Source: Deltaproteobacteria bacterium (lineage in GTDB: Bacteria > Myxococcota_A > UBA9160 > SMWR01). Taken from it: a stretch of DNA of 64,000 nucleotides. Position 1 is the stretch's first letter. Each line of letters starts with the position of its first letter. The translations under genes were made by a program, and so were the position numbers. Below the pieces are notes generated by a model. The model was not told the DNA's origin. It did not search any database and saw nothing but the letters and a program-made list of their open reading frames with translations. Shown piece by piece: positions 40,721 through 50,056 of this stretch. Location of the stretch: the NCBI GenBank assembly GCA_032128115.1, contig JAQBHB010000051.1:18629-82628 (forward strand), given 5' to 3'.

Positions 40721-43390
40721 TTGAAGATCAGCTCCACGAGGTCTTCGGAGCCTTCGCCGCGTGCCACGCGGCGTCTCGGACACAAGCGTCTGTGGCTGGT
40801 CCTGGGCGCGCTGGCCCTGGCCGGCTGGTCCGCTGCCGCGTTCGCCGCGGGCGTGGGTTATTTCAAGGTGATCGTGCCGGAACTCCAGGACTTCACTGGG
40901 GCCCTGACTCCCGGACGGGCGCTTCGATCGATTGCGCGCTCGCCCGCCAACTGGGTGCGCGCGATGACGAGCGATGCAGAGACCGCCCACCTGGACATCG
41001 ATCTCAAGTTCAAGGACCTGCGGAAACTCCAGGAGAAACGCGCCGAGGCGTTTCGCATGGACGCGCTGATCGCCGAACCCGACGACTTCGTGTCCGCCGT
41101 GATGCGCCACAACGGGCGCTCGGTGAAGGTCAAGCTGCGCCTCAAGGGCGACCAGACCGACCACCTGGACACGGACAAGTGGTCGTTCCGGGTCCACGTG
41201 AAGAGCGACGATCATGTATTCGGCATGCGCCGATTCTCGCTCCAGGCGCCCAAGACCCGGCACTTCCAGCTGGAGGCGATGTTCCACGCCTATCTGCGCA
41301 GCCAGGGCATCCTGGCGCCGCGATACTTCTTCGTGGACGTGTCGGTCAACGGCAAGGACATCGGCCTGATGGCGGTGGAGGAGCACTTCTCCAAGGAACT
41401 GCTGGAATCCCAGGGGCGGCGGGAAGGCGTGATGCTCAAATTCGACGAGTCGCGCTTCTGGGACAGCGTGGCCCAGACCGGCCAGGCCGGGCCCTACAAC
41501 AATTTCAATGTTGCCATGATCCAGCCGTTCCAGTTGAGCCTGGTGCAGAGCTCGCCGCGCCTGTCCAAGGAGCTCGACTACGCGGTGGGGCTGCTTCGCG
41601 CGTTCGTGCGCGGCGAGCTGCCCGCCGACGCCGTATTCGACGTGGATCTGATGGCGCGGTTCATGGCCGCCGCCGAGGTGTGGCGGGCGCCGCACGCACT
41701 GCAGTGGATCAACGTGCGTTTCTATTACAACCCGTTGATCGCACGCCTGGAGCCCATCGGCTACGACGCCAAGCCGTCGACCTACACCTGTTGCGCGTTC
41801 GGTCTCGTGAGCCTGGAGTCGAATTTCGGGGGCCGCCTGCTCCAGGATCCGGCGATACGGGCCGCTTTCGCGCGCGAGCTTCCGCGCATGGCGCGCGACA
41901 TGGTGGACGGCGCCATCGAGGGCCAGCTCGCGGATTTCGAAGAACACCTCATGAACGCGCTCCATCACGAGTTTCCCATGCTGTCGCGCTTCGACTACGA
42001 CTATCTGCGCGCCCATTCGGAGCCCCTGATCGGCATGGACGACGAGAATTTCGACCACTTCAACCCGATGATGGGGCGAGCCGACCTGGATCTGCCCACG
42101 CCGGTGCTCGCCTACATCCAGGAGGGGGACGACGGGCCCTATCTGGAACTCACCAACGCACTGCCCATCGAGGTCTCGGTCACCGAGCTCAGCCTGGGCA
42201 ACGGCAATGGCGGCGGCGGATCGCATCCGCTGCGTCTGCGTCGGGCGAGTCTGCCCGTGTCGATTCCGCCCACTGCCTACCAGGGGGCACCGGTTTACGT
42301 GCGGATCCCCTACCAGCCCGATGCGGGCGGGATGCCCGAGGAGATCCAGGGTGTCGCACGCGTGCGCGGACAGGACCGCGCCTATCCGTTCGTGGCCTCG
42401 CGCTACTCGGCCCCCGTGCACGGCAACCCGCTGCCCAGCGCGACGCTGGAAGAGGTGCTCGACCGCCACGACTTCCTGTCGTGGAACCCTGCGGCCGGCT
42501 GGCTCGAGGCGGACGCGGGCGTTCACGCGGTCGACGGGTTCCTGGTGCTGCCGCCGGATGTGGGGCTGCACCTGGGCCCCGGAACCACACTTCGATTCGA
42601 GGCGGGCCGGGGAATCATCGCCCGCGGGCCGCTTCGCTTCGAGGGTCGGGAGGGAGCGCCCGTGGTGCTGGAGGGACGTGGGAAGACGCCCTGGGCCGGA
42701 GTCTTCGTGCTGGAGTCGGAATCCCCCTCCGAGTGGGCACACGTGGAGATCCGGGATCCGGGCGGCTTCGACCTGCCGGGCTTTACGCTCACCGGCTCCG
42801 TGACGTTCCGCAAGAACGAGGTCTCGATTCGCGACAGCCACCTGACGGGCAACCGCGCCGAGGATGCCCTCAACATCGTCCGAAGCAAGTTCTCCCTGCG
42901 CAACGTGGCGATCTCTCGGACGTCGTCGGACGCATTCGACGGCGATTTCGTCCAGGGCATGATCGAGGGCGGGGAGATCCATCACATCGGGGGCGACGGG
43001 ATCGACGTGAGCGGTTCGGAGGTGGAGGTCTCCGGCGTGTTGCTCGCGGACATTCGCGACAAGGCAGTTTCCATCGGCGAGAAGAGCCGTCTCGAGGCCC
43101 GGGGACTCCGCATCGAGCGGGTCGGAACGGGCGTGGTCAGCAAGGACGGCTCCCACGGCATCGTATCGGATTCGACCTTCACGGACGTCGCCCACGCGGC
43201 GGTCATGGCCTATACGAAGAAACCCGAGTACGGGCCGGCGTCGCTGGTCGCCGAAGGCCTCGTTGTGGACGGTGTCGGTCGCGTGGCCGTGGCCCAGTCG
43301 GGAAGCCGCGTGGTGGTGGACGGCAGCGAGATCGACACCGAAGCCATCGACATCGACGCGCTCTACAGCGACGGCTACATGCGCAAGTGA
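40721..43390 (+). CDS. CotH kinase-family protein with C-terminal right-handed beta-helix
   Basis: N-terminal TM; KLRLKGD, WSFRV, EEHFSKELLE, HALQWINVRFYYNP, EPIGYD; EDALN/SDAFDGD/GDGIDVSGS/DKAVSIGE repeats. Confidence 0.8.
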   Translation: MKISSTRSSEPSPRATRRLGHKRLWLVLGALALAGWSAAAFAAGVGYFKVIVPELQDFTGALTPGRALRSIARSPANWVRAMTSDAETAHLDIDLKFKDLRKLQEKRAEAFRMDALIAEPDDFVSAVMRHNGRSVKVKLRLKGDQTDHLDTDKWSFRVHVKSDDHVFGMRRFSLQAPKTRHFQLEAMFHAYLRSQGILAPRYFFVDVSVNGKDIGLMAVEEHFSKELLESQGRREGVMLKFDESRFWDSVAQTGQAGPYNNFNVAMIQPFQLSLVQSSPRLSKELDYAVGLLRAFVRGELPADAVFDVDLMARFMAAAEVWRAPHALQWINVRFYYNPLIARLEPIGYDAKPSTYTCCAFGLVSLESNFGGRLLQDPAIRAAFARELPRMARDMVDGAIEGQLADFEEHLMNALHHEFPMLSRFDYDYLRAHSEPLIGMDDENFDHFNPMMGRADLDLPTPVLAYIQEGDDGPYLELTNALPIEVSVTELSLGNGNGGGGSHPLRLRRASLPVSIPPTAYQGAPVYVRIPYQPDAGGMPEEIQGVARVRGQDRAYPFVASRYSAPVHGNPLPSATLEEVLDRHDFLSWNPAAGWLEADAGVHAVDGFLVLPPDVGLHLGPGTTLRFEAGRGIIARGPLRFEGREGAPVVLEGRGKTPWAGVFVLESESPSEWAHVEIRDPGGFDLPGFTLTGSVTFRKNEVSIRDSHLTGNRAEDALNIVRSKFSLRNVAISRTSSDAFDGDFVQGMIEGGEIHHIGGDGIDVSGSEVEVSGVLLADIRDKAVSIGEKSRLEARGLRIERVGTGVVSKDGSHGIVSDSTFTDVAHAAVMAYTKKPEYGPASLVAEGLVVDGVGRVAVAQSGSRVVVDGSEIDTEAIDIDALYSDGYMRK

Positions 43391-44454
43391 GCCCTCCTGC
43401 CCATACGGGCGACAACTCTTCCCCTCCGCCGCGGTCGAGGTCCCGTTCGCGGGAGCTGGTGCTGGGCACGCTGCTGGCCAGCGTCTCCCTGGTCGTGCTC
43501 TTCGGGGCGATCGAGGTCGGGCTGCGCGTCTATCACGGGGTCAAGCAGAGGGCGGCCCTGGATCGCCTGCCTCCGCTGTCCGAGCGGGCCGTGGTGCCCA
43601 GCGAGGACCCGGATCTCCTGTTCGAATTCAACCCCGGCTTCCGCAAACAGGGCTTCAGCGTCAACTCCCTGGGAATGGCCGACGAGGAGGTGTCTCGCGA
43701 CAAGCCGCCGGGAACCTTTCGCATGGCGTTCGTCGGGGATTCGGTCTCGGCGAACTTCGGACTTCGACCGCGCCCCGAGATCTACCTGGAGCTGCTGGCG
43801 GATCGGTTGAACCGTCGCGCCGACGGGGCGCTCCGCTTCGAGAGCCTGAACTTCGGCGTCAACGCGTATTCGATCCTCCAGGGGCTGCGCATGGCGCAGA
43901 CCCGCGCCCTCGGGCTCGACCCGGATCTGATCGTGGCGCAGTTGAGTCTCAACGATCCCCATCCCTCCGACACGGACTACGCGCGCGTGGCGCCCATGCA
44001 TCCCCTGCGGCTCCGCAACCTGCTGTTCCGGGTGGCCCGGCCGGATCGCTTCTGGGGCTACTACTTCGTCGACCGGAACTACGACGACCAGGGCTGGTCC
44101 CACGTGCGCCGGGGCATGCAGGGCTTCGCGGCGCTGGCTCGCGTACGCCCGGTGCTGGTGGTGCTGTTTCCCTATCTTTACGAGCCGGGCTATCGCGACT
44201 GGGGCTACGCTGCGCTCCACGCCGGATACCGGCAGGAGGCCGAGGCTGCGGGAGTCGAGTTCGTGGACCTGCTGGGGAGCTTTCGCAGCGCGGGCCTGCT
44301 GGCCGAGACCTGGCCCACGGACCCCCTGCACCCGGACGCCGAGGGTCACGCCGTGGCGGCCGGGGTGCTGGAGTCCGAGCTCGAGGTCCGGGGCTGGCTC
44401 CCGCGGGCGGCTGAGCGCAACCCGGGTGAAACCGCGTCCGAGACTCGCCCGTGA
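43387..44454 (+). CDS. Membrane-anchored SGNH/GDSL hydrolase
   Basis: VGDS, NFGVNAYS, LND, DPLHP; N-terminal TM; GTGA coupling. Confidence 0.82.
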   Translation: MSPPAHTGDNSSPPPRSRSRSRELVLGTLLASVSLVVLFGAIEVGLRVYHGVKQRAALDRLPPLSERAVVPSEDPDLLFEFNPGFRKQGFSVNSLGMADEEVSRDKPPGTFRMAFVGDSVSANFGLRPRPEIYLELLADRLNRRADGALRFESLNFGVNAYSILQGLRMAQTRALGLDPDLIVAQLSLNDPHPSDTDYARVAPMHPLRLRNLLFRVARPDRFWGYYFVDRNYDDQGWSHVRRGMQGFAALARVRPVLVVLFPYLYEPGYRDWGYAALHAGYRQEAEAAGVEFVDLLGSFRSAGLLAETWPTDPLHPDAEGHAVAAGVLESELEVRGWLPRAAERNPGETASETRP

Positions 44455-44573
44455 TTCCTTCGGTTTCCAGCGGAGAGCCGGGCTCCGGACGGGTCTGGAA
44501 GCTGACCTCCGGGGGCGGTTTCCCCTTTCCGTCGGGCTCAGGCCCCGTCAGAATGGGGGAGGGGAGGCAGCGG

Positions 44574-46397
44574 ATGCGGCGGCTGGGGATGGGATTGTTC
44601 GTGCTGGCCTGGACGGTCTTGCTGGCGCCGGCGGCCCGCGCCGCTCCGTGCCCGAACTGCTTCGCCGTCTTCCTGATTCCCGACACCCAGTGGTACACGT
44701 GGGCAGGCACCTTCGGCACCACACCCGCCGATCACCTGGATCTGGTGACGCGCTATGTCTGCGCGAACCGCACGTCCTGGGCGGAGCCCAGCACCGGCAA
44801 GGAGATGCCCATCCTGATGGTGTTGCAGGGGGGCGACATGATCCAGGGTGGCACGGCCGCAGCCGTCGCGGGCCAGTGGGATGTGCTGAGCGACGCCTTC
44901 GACAACCTGGATGCCTGCAGTCCGGTGGTTCCCTACGTGCTGGCCATCGGCAATCACGAGACCGAGCCTCGCAACTTCTATCAGGCTTCGACGACGAGCT
45001 TCCAGGATCACTTCGGCGAGGGTCGCTGGGCGAGCTATGCGTGCTCGGATCCCAGCGACTGCGATTGGGATGCCGGGGAGTGGTTCGTGGGCGGCGGCGA
45101 CACGGTGGTGGCCAACTCCCGCAACAACATCGACGACTGGGAGGCGGTCCTCACCAATGTCGTGGACGGACTCTTCGTTCCAGGCGACACCATTGAGTGG
45201 GGAGTGGACGGCGTGGGCGTCGTCCAGGCCTGGCAGAACGGCGCCAAGCGCCTGAATTTCTACAAGCTCTCGGGTTCGGACCCGGTTCTCACCGACATCG
45301 TCACCACCCAGGGCGGGGGCGCCAGCGGAGAGATCGCTTCCGGTCTGGTGCTGGAATTCACCGGAACCGGCCCGCCCACCAACGAGCCCGGGCGCCACCG
45401 GGTGGCGGCCGTCCGGGCCCCCAACGGACAGCGCTGGCTGTTCATGGCGCTCGAACTCGGCTTCGACATGCCGCCCGCCATCCACCCCAACGAGAACGAC
45501 GACTCGGCCTACCTGAAGAATGTGCTGGACGACTACGCCGGCGTGCCCACGGTCTACGCCCACCATTCGATGTTCAATTTCGGCGGCACTTTCAACAATC
45601 ACACCAATTACGGCTGCGACTCACGCTTCACCACCGAGCCCATCTGGGACGCACTTGTGGAGCCGTATCCACAAGTGATGATGACGTTCAACGCCAACGG
45701 GTCGAGCCTGGGGGCTCGCGAGGACGAGTGGGTGATCAACACGCCCCTGGGCTACGACGTGCTCGGTGTGTTTCGGAACTACGCAGGGGCGCCGCCCCCG
45801 GCGGGCTGGGCCGATGGGGGCGCGCCGGCCGAGAACAACGGCTGGAACGCCATCGCGGTCTTCGATCCCGACGCGGGCGAGATCCGCGTGCGCTCGTACC
45901 GGATCGATGATACGGACGCAGACGGCAGCTACGACGGGGTGCCCGAGGCCACGGCGAACCTGGACATGGACTTCTCTGGCCGCCCTGAGGTGATCGTGTC
46001 CTACCCGTTCCCGGACACGCGGCCCGCGAGCCTGGACAACTGCCCCACGCTGCCCAATCCGGACCAGGCGGACACGGACGACGACGGCGTGGGCGACGCG
46101 TGTGAGGCCGTGCCGTGCCAGGACGGCAACGACAACGACGGCGACCTGCTGATCGACGCGGCCGACCCGGGTTGCCGCAACCCGGACTGGCACACCGAGA
46201 ACCCGGAGTGCGACGACGGCATCGACAACGACGGCGACGGGCGCACGGACACGGCGGATCCCCAGTGCGGCAACGCCTGGCAGACCTCCGAGGCGGGAAA
46301 CAACCGCTGCGGTCTGGGCTTCGAGCTGGCGTTGCTGGTGCCGTGGCTGGCGCGCGGCCTACGTCGGCGGACGGAAGCCGCCCGGCGCCGCCGATGA
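44574..46397 (+). CDS. Secreted metallophosphoesterase-like protein with Asp/Cys-rich repeats and CGLG C-terminal tail
   Basis: Signal peptide; PDTQ, GD, GNHE motifs; TSP3-like DNCP...DQADTDDDGVGDAC; CxDGxDNDGD repeats; CGLGFELALLVPWLARGLRRR. Confidence 0.72.
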   Translation: MRRLGMGLFVLAWTVLLAPAARAAPCPNCFAVFLIPDTQWYTWAGTFGTTPADHLDLVTRYVCANRTSWAEPSTGKEMPILMVLQGGDMIQGGTAAAVAGQWDVLSDAFDNLDACSPVVPYVLAIGNHETEPRNFYQASTTSFQDHFGEGRWASYACSDPSDCDWDAGEWFVGGGDTVVANSRNNIDDWEAVLTNVVDGLFVPGDTIEWGVDGVGVVQAWQNGAKRLNFYKLSGSDPVLTDIVTTQGGGASGEIASGLVLEFTGTGPPTNEPGRHRVAAVRAPNGQRWLFMALELGFDMPPAIHPNENDDSAYLKNVLDDYAGVPTVYAHHSMFNFGGTFNNHTNYGCDSRFTTEPIWDALVEPYPQVMMTFNANGSSLGAREDEWVINTPLGYDVLGVFRNYAGAPPPAGWADGGAPAENNGWNAIAVFDPDAGEIRVRSYRIDDTDADGSYDGVPEATANLDMDFSGRPEVIVSYPFPDTRPASLDNCPTLPNPDQADTDDDGVGDACEAVPCQDGNDNDGDLLIDAADPGCRNPDWHTENPECDDGIDNDGDGRTDTADPQCGNAWQTSEAGNNRCGLGFELALLVPWLARGLRRRTEAARRRR

Positions 46398-47918
46398 CAC
46401 CGGCGAGCCGCCTTCGCCCCCCAGCGGCTCGAGCGGCAGGCTCGCGCGCTGCCTCCCGGGGTCGCGTCCGAACGTGCTCACCGCCGCGTGGGCCAACAGG
46501 ATCGGCCCCAGCGCGAAGACCACCCCATTGACGGCGCCCACCACCCCACCTCCCACGGTGGTGGCGAGCTTGTAGAGGATCACCGTGCTGGCCAGGAGTG
46601 CCGGGATGGTGCGGCTGTGACGGTTGAAGATCTCGTGGGCCAGACGCAGCAGGAACCCGATGCTGAACATGCCGCCGATCACGCCCATGAGGCCGTAGTT
46701 CATCCAGAACTCGCCGATCCACGTGGGTCCGGTCGATGATTCGGCGCCGGTGCCGTAGGTGTCGGTGATGAACTTGCCGATCGTGATCTTGGGTTTTTCG
46801 GGCCACAGGACGCGGGGCACGTAGGCGATGAAGATATTGGCCAGGGTCCACCCCTCCTGGAAGGGCACGCTGCGCGGAGTCTCGCGAATGATCACCGACG
46901 CGCGGCCCACCCCGTCCAGGCGCGCCCCCGTCCGCTGCAGGCCCTCGGAGAGGTATTCGCCCGTGTCGCGGGTGCCCAGGAATTCTCCCAGGCTCGAGAA
47001 CACGGCACCCGGGTTGCTGATGGCGTCCAGTGCGGTGCGGCTGTATCCGTCGAGGATCACGTTGCGATAGAACTCGGAGGCCGGATACAGGATGGTGAGC
47101 CCCGCCACGCCGATCAGGATCCAGCGCGCCCGCAGGCGTCCGCTCATGATGATGGTGGAGAGCACCACCAGGGCCGGCGCGCTGGCGAACAGGCGCTTCG
47201 AGCCCGTGAAGAAGTTGAAGCCGGCGGTGATGGGCACGACGATGCAGAGCGCGATGAACACGACCCGGGCCCTGTGCTTCACGTACGCGAAAGTCAGCAG
47301 GATGATTCCGTAGAAGGTGCCGAAGGAGATCACCCCCAGGAATCCCGACCCCAACTCCTTGGGCAGGATGCCAGTGGCGCTCGCGAGGTAGATGACCCAA
47401 CCGATGGAGATCCAGAGGCCGGCGACCAGCAGGGACTGCTCGGTGGTCCACTCGCGCCTTGGGGCGGGGATGATGTCTCCCAGCAGGCGCCCGAAGGGAA
47501 GGACGTAGCCCAGCAGCAGCGCAATCAGCGCGATCAGGGCCACGGTCTGGGTGTGGGTGATGTCCGCCGGATACAGCAGCGCCCACTGCATTCCGGGGGG
47601 GATCTTCGGTTCGTCGCCCGGCATGTAGTACGTGAAGATGGGAACCACCAGGTACACCATGAACACCAGGGTGAACATGGAGAGCACCAGGTGGCGCTCA
47701 TGGGGCTCGCGGGCCTGGTCGAGGATCCCGGGGACCAGCCCCACCGCGGTCGTGGCGATCGCCAGCGACAGCATCTTGATGTCTTCGCCGCGGGCGCCCA
47801 TGGCGATGCCCACGGTGAAACTCAGGATCGCGGCGGGCAGCAGCAGGCCCAACTGGAACATGGCCTTGCGCGGCTGCGCGGCGCTGGGCGCAGGGGTGGG
47901 CAACGCGGGCGCACTCAC
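46359..47918 (-). CDS. Wzy-like polysaccharide polymerase
   Basis: About 10 TM helices, large loop, YVPRVLWPEKP, GEFWMNYG; 39-bp convergent overlap with neighbour. Confidence 0.72.
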   Translation of the reverse strand: MSAPALPTPAPSAAQPRKAMFQLGLLLPAAILSFTVGIAMGARGEDIKMLSLAIATTAVGLVPGILDQAREPHERHLVLSMFTLVFMVYLVVPIFTYYMPGDEPKIPPGMQWALLYPADITHTQTVALIALIALLLGYVLPFGRLLGDIIPAPRREWTTEQSLLVAGLWISIGWVIYLASATGILPKELGSGFLGVISFGTFYGIILLTFAYVKHRARVVFIALCIVVPITAGFNFFTGSKRLFASAPALVVLSTIIMSGRLRARWILIGVAGLTILYPASEFYRNVILDGYSRTALDAISNPGAVFSSLGEFLGTRDTGEYLSEGLQRTGARLDGVGRASVIIRETPRSVPFQEGWTLANIFIAYVPRVLWPEKPKITIGKFITDTYGTGAESSTGPTWIGEFWMNYGLMGVIGGMFSIGFLLRLAHEIFNRHSRTIPALLASTVILYKLATTVGGGVVGAVNGVVFALGPILLAHAAVSTFGRDPGRQRASLPLEPLGGEGGSPVSSAAPGGFRPPT

Positions 47919-50056
47919 GCGGGAATCTCCACCGGCCCGCCTCGCCGCGCGGATTCGAGCATGGCGAACGTGGTGTGGGATACGGCGGCGATCTCGTCGA
48001 GCCCGAACGGCGACGGGCGCCCGGCGCGAACGGCTTCGAGCACGTGGGCAAGAGCCTGCGCCTGGCCCTTGTCCTGGTTCATGGTCTTCACCGTCTTGCC
48101 GCCCGTGATCCGGGTCGTGCGGAAACCCTCGCACTGGATCGTCCGCGAATCGCCGGAGATCTCGAACCGCTCCTTCGGAACGTCGCTGCCCGCCTGTGAC
48201 AGGTATTCCAGACTGGCGGTGGATCCGTCGGGGAAGGAGAGCAGGGCCACCATCGAGTCGTCGGTCGCAGGGTCGCGACCCAATGCGTGGGCGGTGACCC
48301 GGCTGGGCGCAGCGCCCACCCAGTAGACGCACAGATCGACGAAATGGCAGACCTCGCCCACGATGCGGCCGCCCCCCGCCCGGGGATCCAGGATCCAGGT
48401 GCCGGCCGGCGGCGGCCCCGCGGCCACGACGTAGTGGATCGCCAGCGGACCGCGGCGCGCCCCGAAGGCTTCGCGCGCCGCGACTGCGTGGGGGGAGAAG
48501 CGACGGTTGTACCCCACCGAGAGCAGGCCCCCGGTGCGACGGGCGGCACCGATCACGCTCTCCACCTCCTCGGGCGTGAGTCCAACCGGCTTCTCGAGCC
48601 ACACGGCCTTGCCCGCTTCCAGGGCCTGCACGGCCAGATCCGCATGGCTGTCGTGCCGGGTGGCCACCACCACCAGGTCCACCTCCGGATCCGAGAGCAC
48701 GGCCGTCGGATCGGTGCCGCAGGTTGCGAATCCGAAGCGCTCGGCGGTGGCGCGCGCGGACGCGCCCGTCGCTGTGGCGAGCGACACCAGTCGTGCGTCG
48801 CGTCGAGCCGCCAGCGCCGGCAGCAGCACGCTCTTCGCGTAGTTTCCAGCGCCGAGCATGCCGATGCCCGCACGATCGCGCGCCGCACCCGACGGGGCGG
48901 GTTCTTTCAGTGCCAGGGTGCGCGCCCGCGATGGATCGTCCCTGTAACGGAATACGCAGGCCAGCGATCGGCGGTCGCCCCGGGCCAGCTCCTCGTAGAG
49001 GCGCACCGCGTCTTCGAAGGGCACGGTCTCCACGTCCAGTTCGCGGGGGGCGACCGAGCCGGATGCCACCAGGGCCAGGAAGGATTGCAGGTTGCGGTTC
49101 TCGGTCCAGCGCACGTGGGCCAGCGGGTAGTCCAGGCCCTCTTCCTCGTAGCTGCGGTCGTACCGGCCCGGCCCGTACGAGGTGCTCATGCGCAGCTCGA
49201 GCTCCTTCTCGTACAACAGGCGCCGATCCAGCTGGATGGGCACGGCGCCCACGACGGAGATGCGGCCCTTTTGCCGGCACAGCTCGGCGGCCAGTTCCAG
49301 CGGGGCTGCCGAGTCAGACGAGGCCGTCACCAGCACCAGGTCGGCTCCGTGCCCGCCGGTGGCCGCGCGTCGCCACGACTCCAGGTCTCCGCCCGGCGTC
49401 AGTGTCCATTCGGCGCCCAGGCTTGCGGCCTGTTTCACTCGCGCCGGATCCAGGTCGAGGCCAAGCACGCGGCAGCCGTTGGCTCGCAGGCACTGCACGC
49501 TCAGCTGCCCGATCAGGCCGAGCCCCACCACTGCGGCCACGTCGCCAAGGGTCGGAGCCGCTACCCGCAGGCCCTGGATTGCGATCGCGCCCAGGGTCGC
49601 GAACGCGGCCACGTCCAGGGGCACCGCGTCGGGCACGGCGGCCGCCAGGTTTTCCGGGACCACGACCAGCTCGGCATGGTTGGCATAGCCCGCCCCTGCA
49701 CACGCCACCCGGTCGCCGGGTGCGAAGCCGTGCACGTCCTGGCCCACCGCCGCAACGACGCCGGCGCTCGAGTAACCCAGGGGCTGGGGGGCCTCGAGGC
49801 GCCCGCGAACCGCGCGGTAGGTGGGAACTGGCCCTTCCTGGCGAAGCTTGCGTGCGACCTGGCGGACCAGATCCGGTCGACTGCGGGCCTTGCCAAGCAG
49901 CGACTTGCGCGCGAAATCCATGGCCAGTTTGTCGGTGCCGGGAGACACCACCGAAAAGCAGGTGCGCACCAGGATCTGGCCCCGGTCCGCGGCCGGCGCG
50001 GGCACCTCGGCCAGCTCGAGCACTCCCGTGCGCGCGTTCTGCAGGATCTGCTTCAC
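47915..50056 (-). CDS. Bi-domain oxidoreductase (Zn-ADH-like + Gfo/Idh/MocA)
   Basis: MKQILQ, LGYSSAG, SYGPGRYD, RWTENRN, EKP, GYNRRFSP. Confidence 0.88.
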   Translation of the reverse strand: MKQILQNARTGVLELAEVPAPAADRGQILVRTCFSVVSPGTDKLAMDFARKSLLGKARSRPDLVRQVARKLRQEGPVPTYRAVRGRLEAPQPLGYSSAGVVAAVGQDVHGFAPGDRVACAGAGYANHAELVVVPENLAAAVPDAVPLDVAAFATLGAIAIQGLRVAAPTLGDVAAVVGLGLIGQLSVQCLRANGCRVLGLDLDPARVKQAASLGAEWTLTPGGDLESWRRAATGGHGADLVLVTASSDSAAPLELAAELCRQKGRISVVGAVPIQLDRRLLYEKELELRMSTSYGPGRYDRSYEEEGLDYPLAHVRWTENRNLQSFLALVASGSVAPRELDVETVPFEDAVRLYEELARGDRRSLACVFRYRDDPSRARTLALKEPAPSGAARDRAGIGMLGAGNYAKSVLLPALAARRDARLVSLATATGASARATAERFGFATCGTDPTAVLSDPEVDLVVVATRHDSHADLAVQALEAGKAVWLEKPVGLTPEEVESVIGAARRTGGLLSVGYNRRFSPHAVAAREAFGARRGPLAIHYVVAAGPPPAGTWILDPRAGGGRIVGEVCHFVDLCVYWVGAAPSRVTAHALGRDPATDDSMVALLSFPDGSTASLEYLSQAGSDVPKERFEISGDSRTIQCEGFRTTRITGGKTVKTMNQDKGQAQALAHVLEAVRAGRPSPFGLDEIAAVSHTTFAMLESARRGGPVEIPA

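Noticed and set aside
40493..43195. Upstream 900 codons of the 1239-aa minus-strand ORF
   Set aside because: Antisense shadow of the CotH gene in high-GC DNA; only the last 338 aa resemble a family
40721..43390. Endospore coat function implied by CotH and CgeB names
   Set aside because: Family names only; context is diderm polysaccharide export
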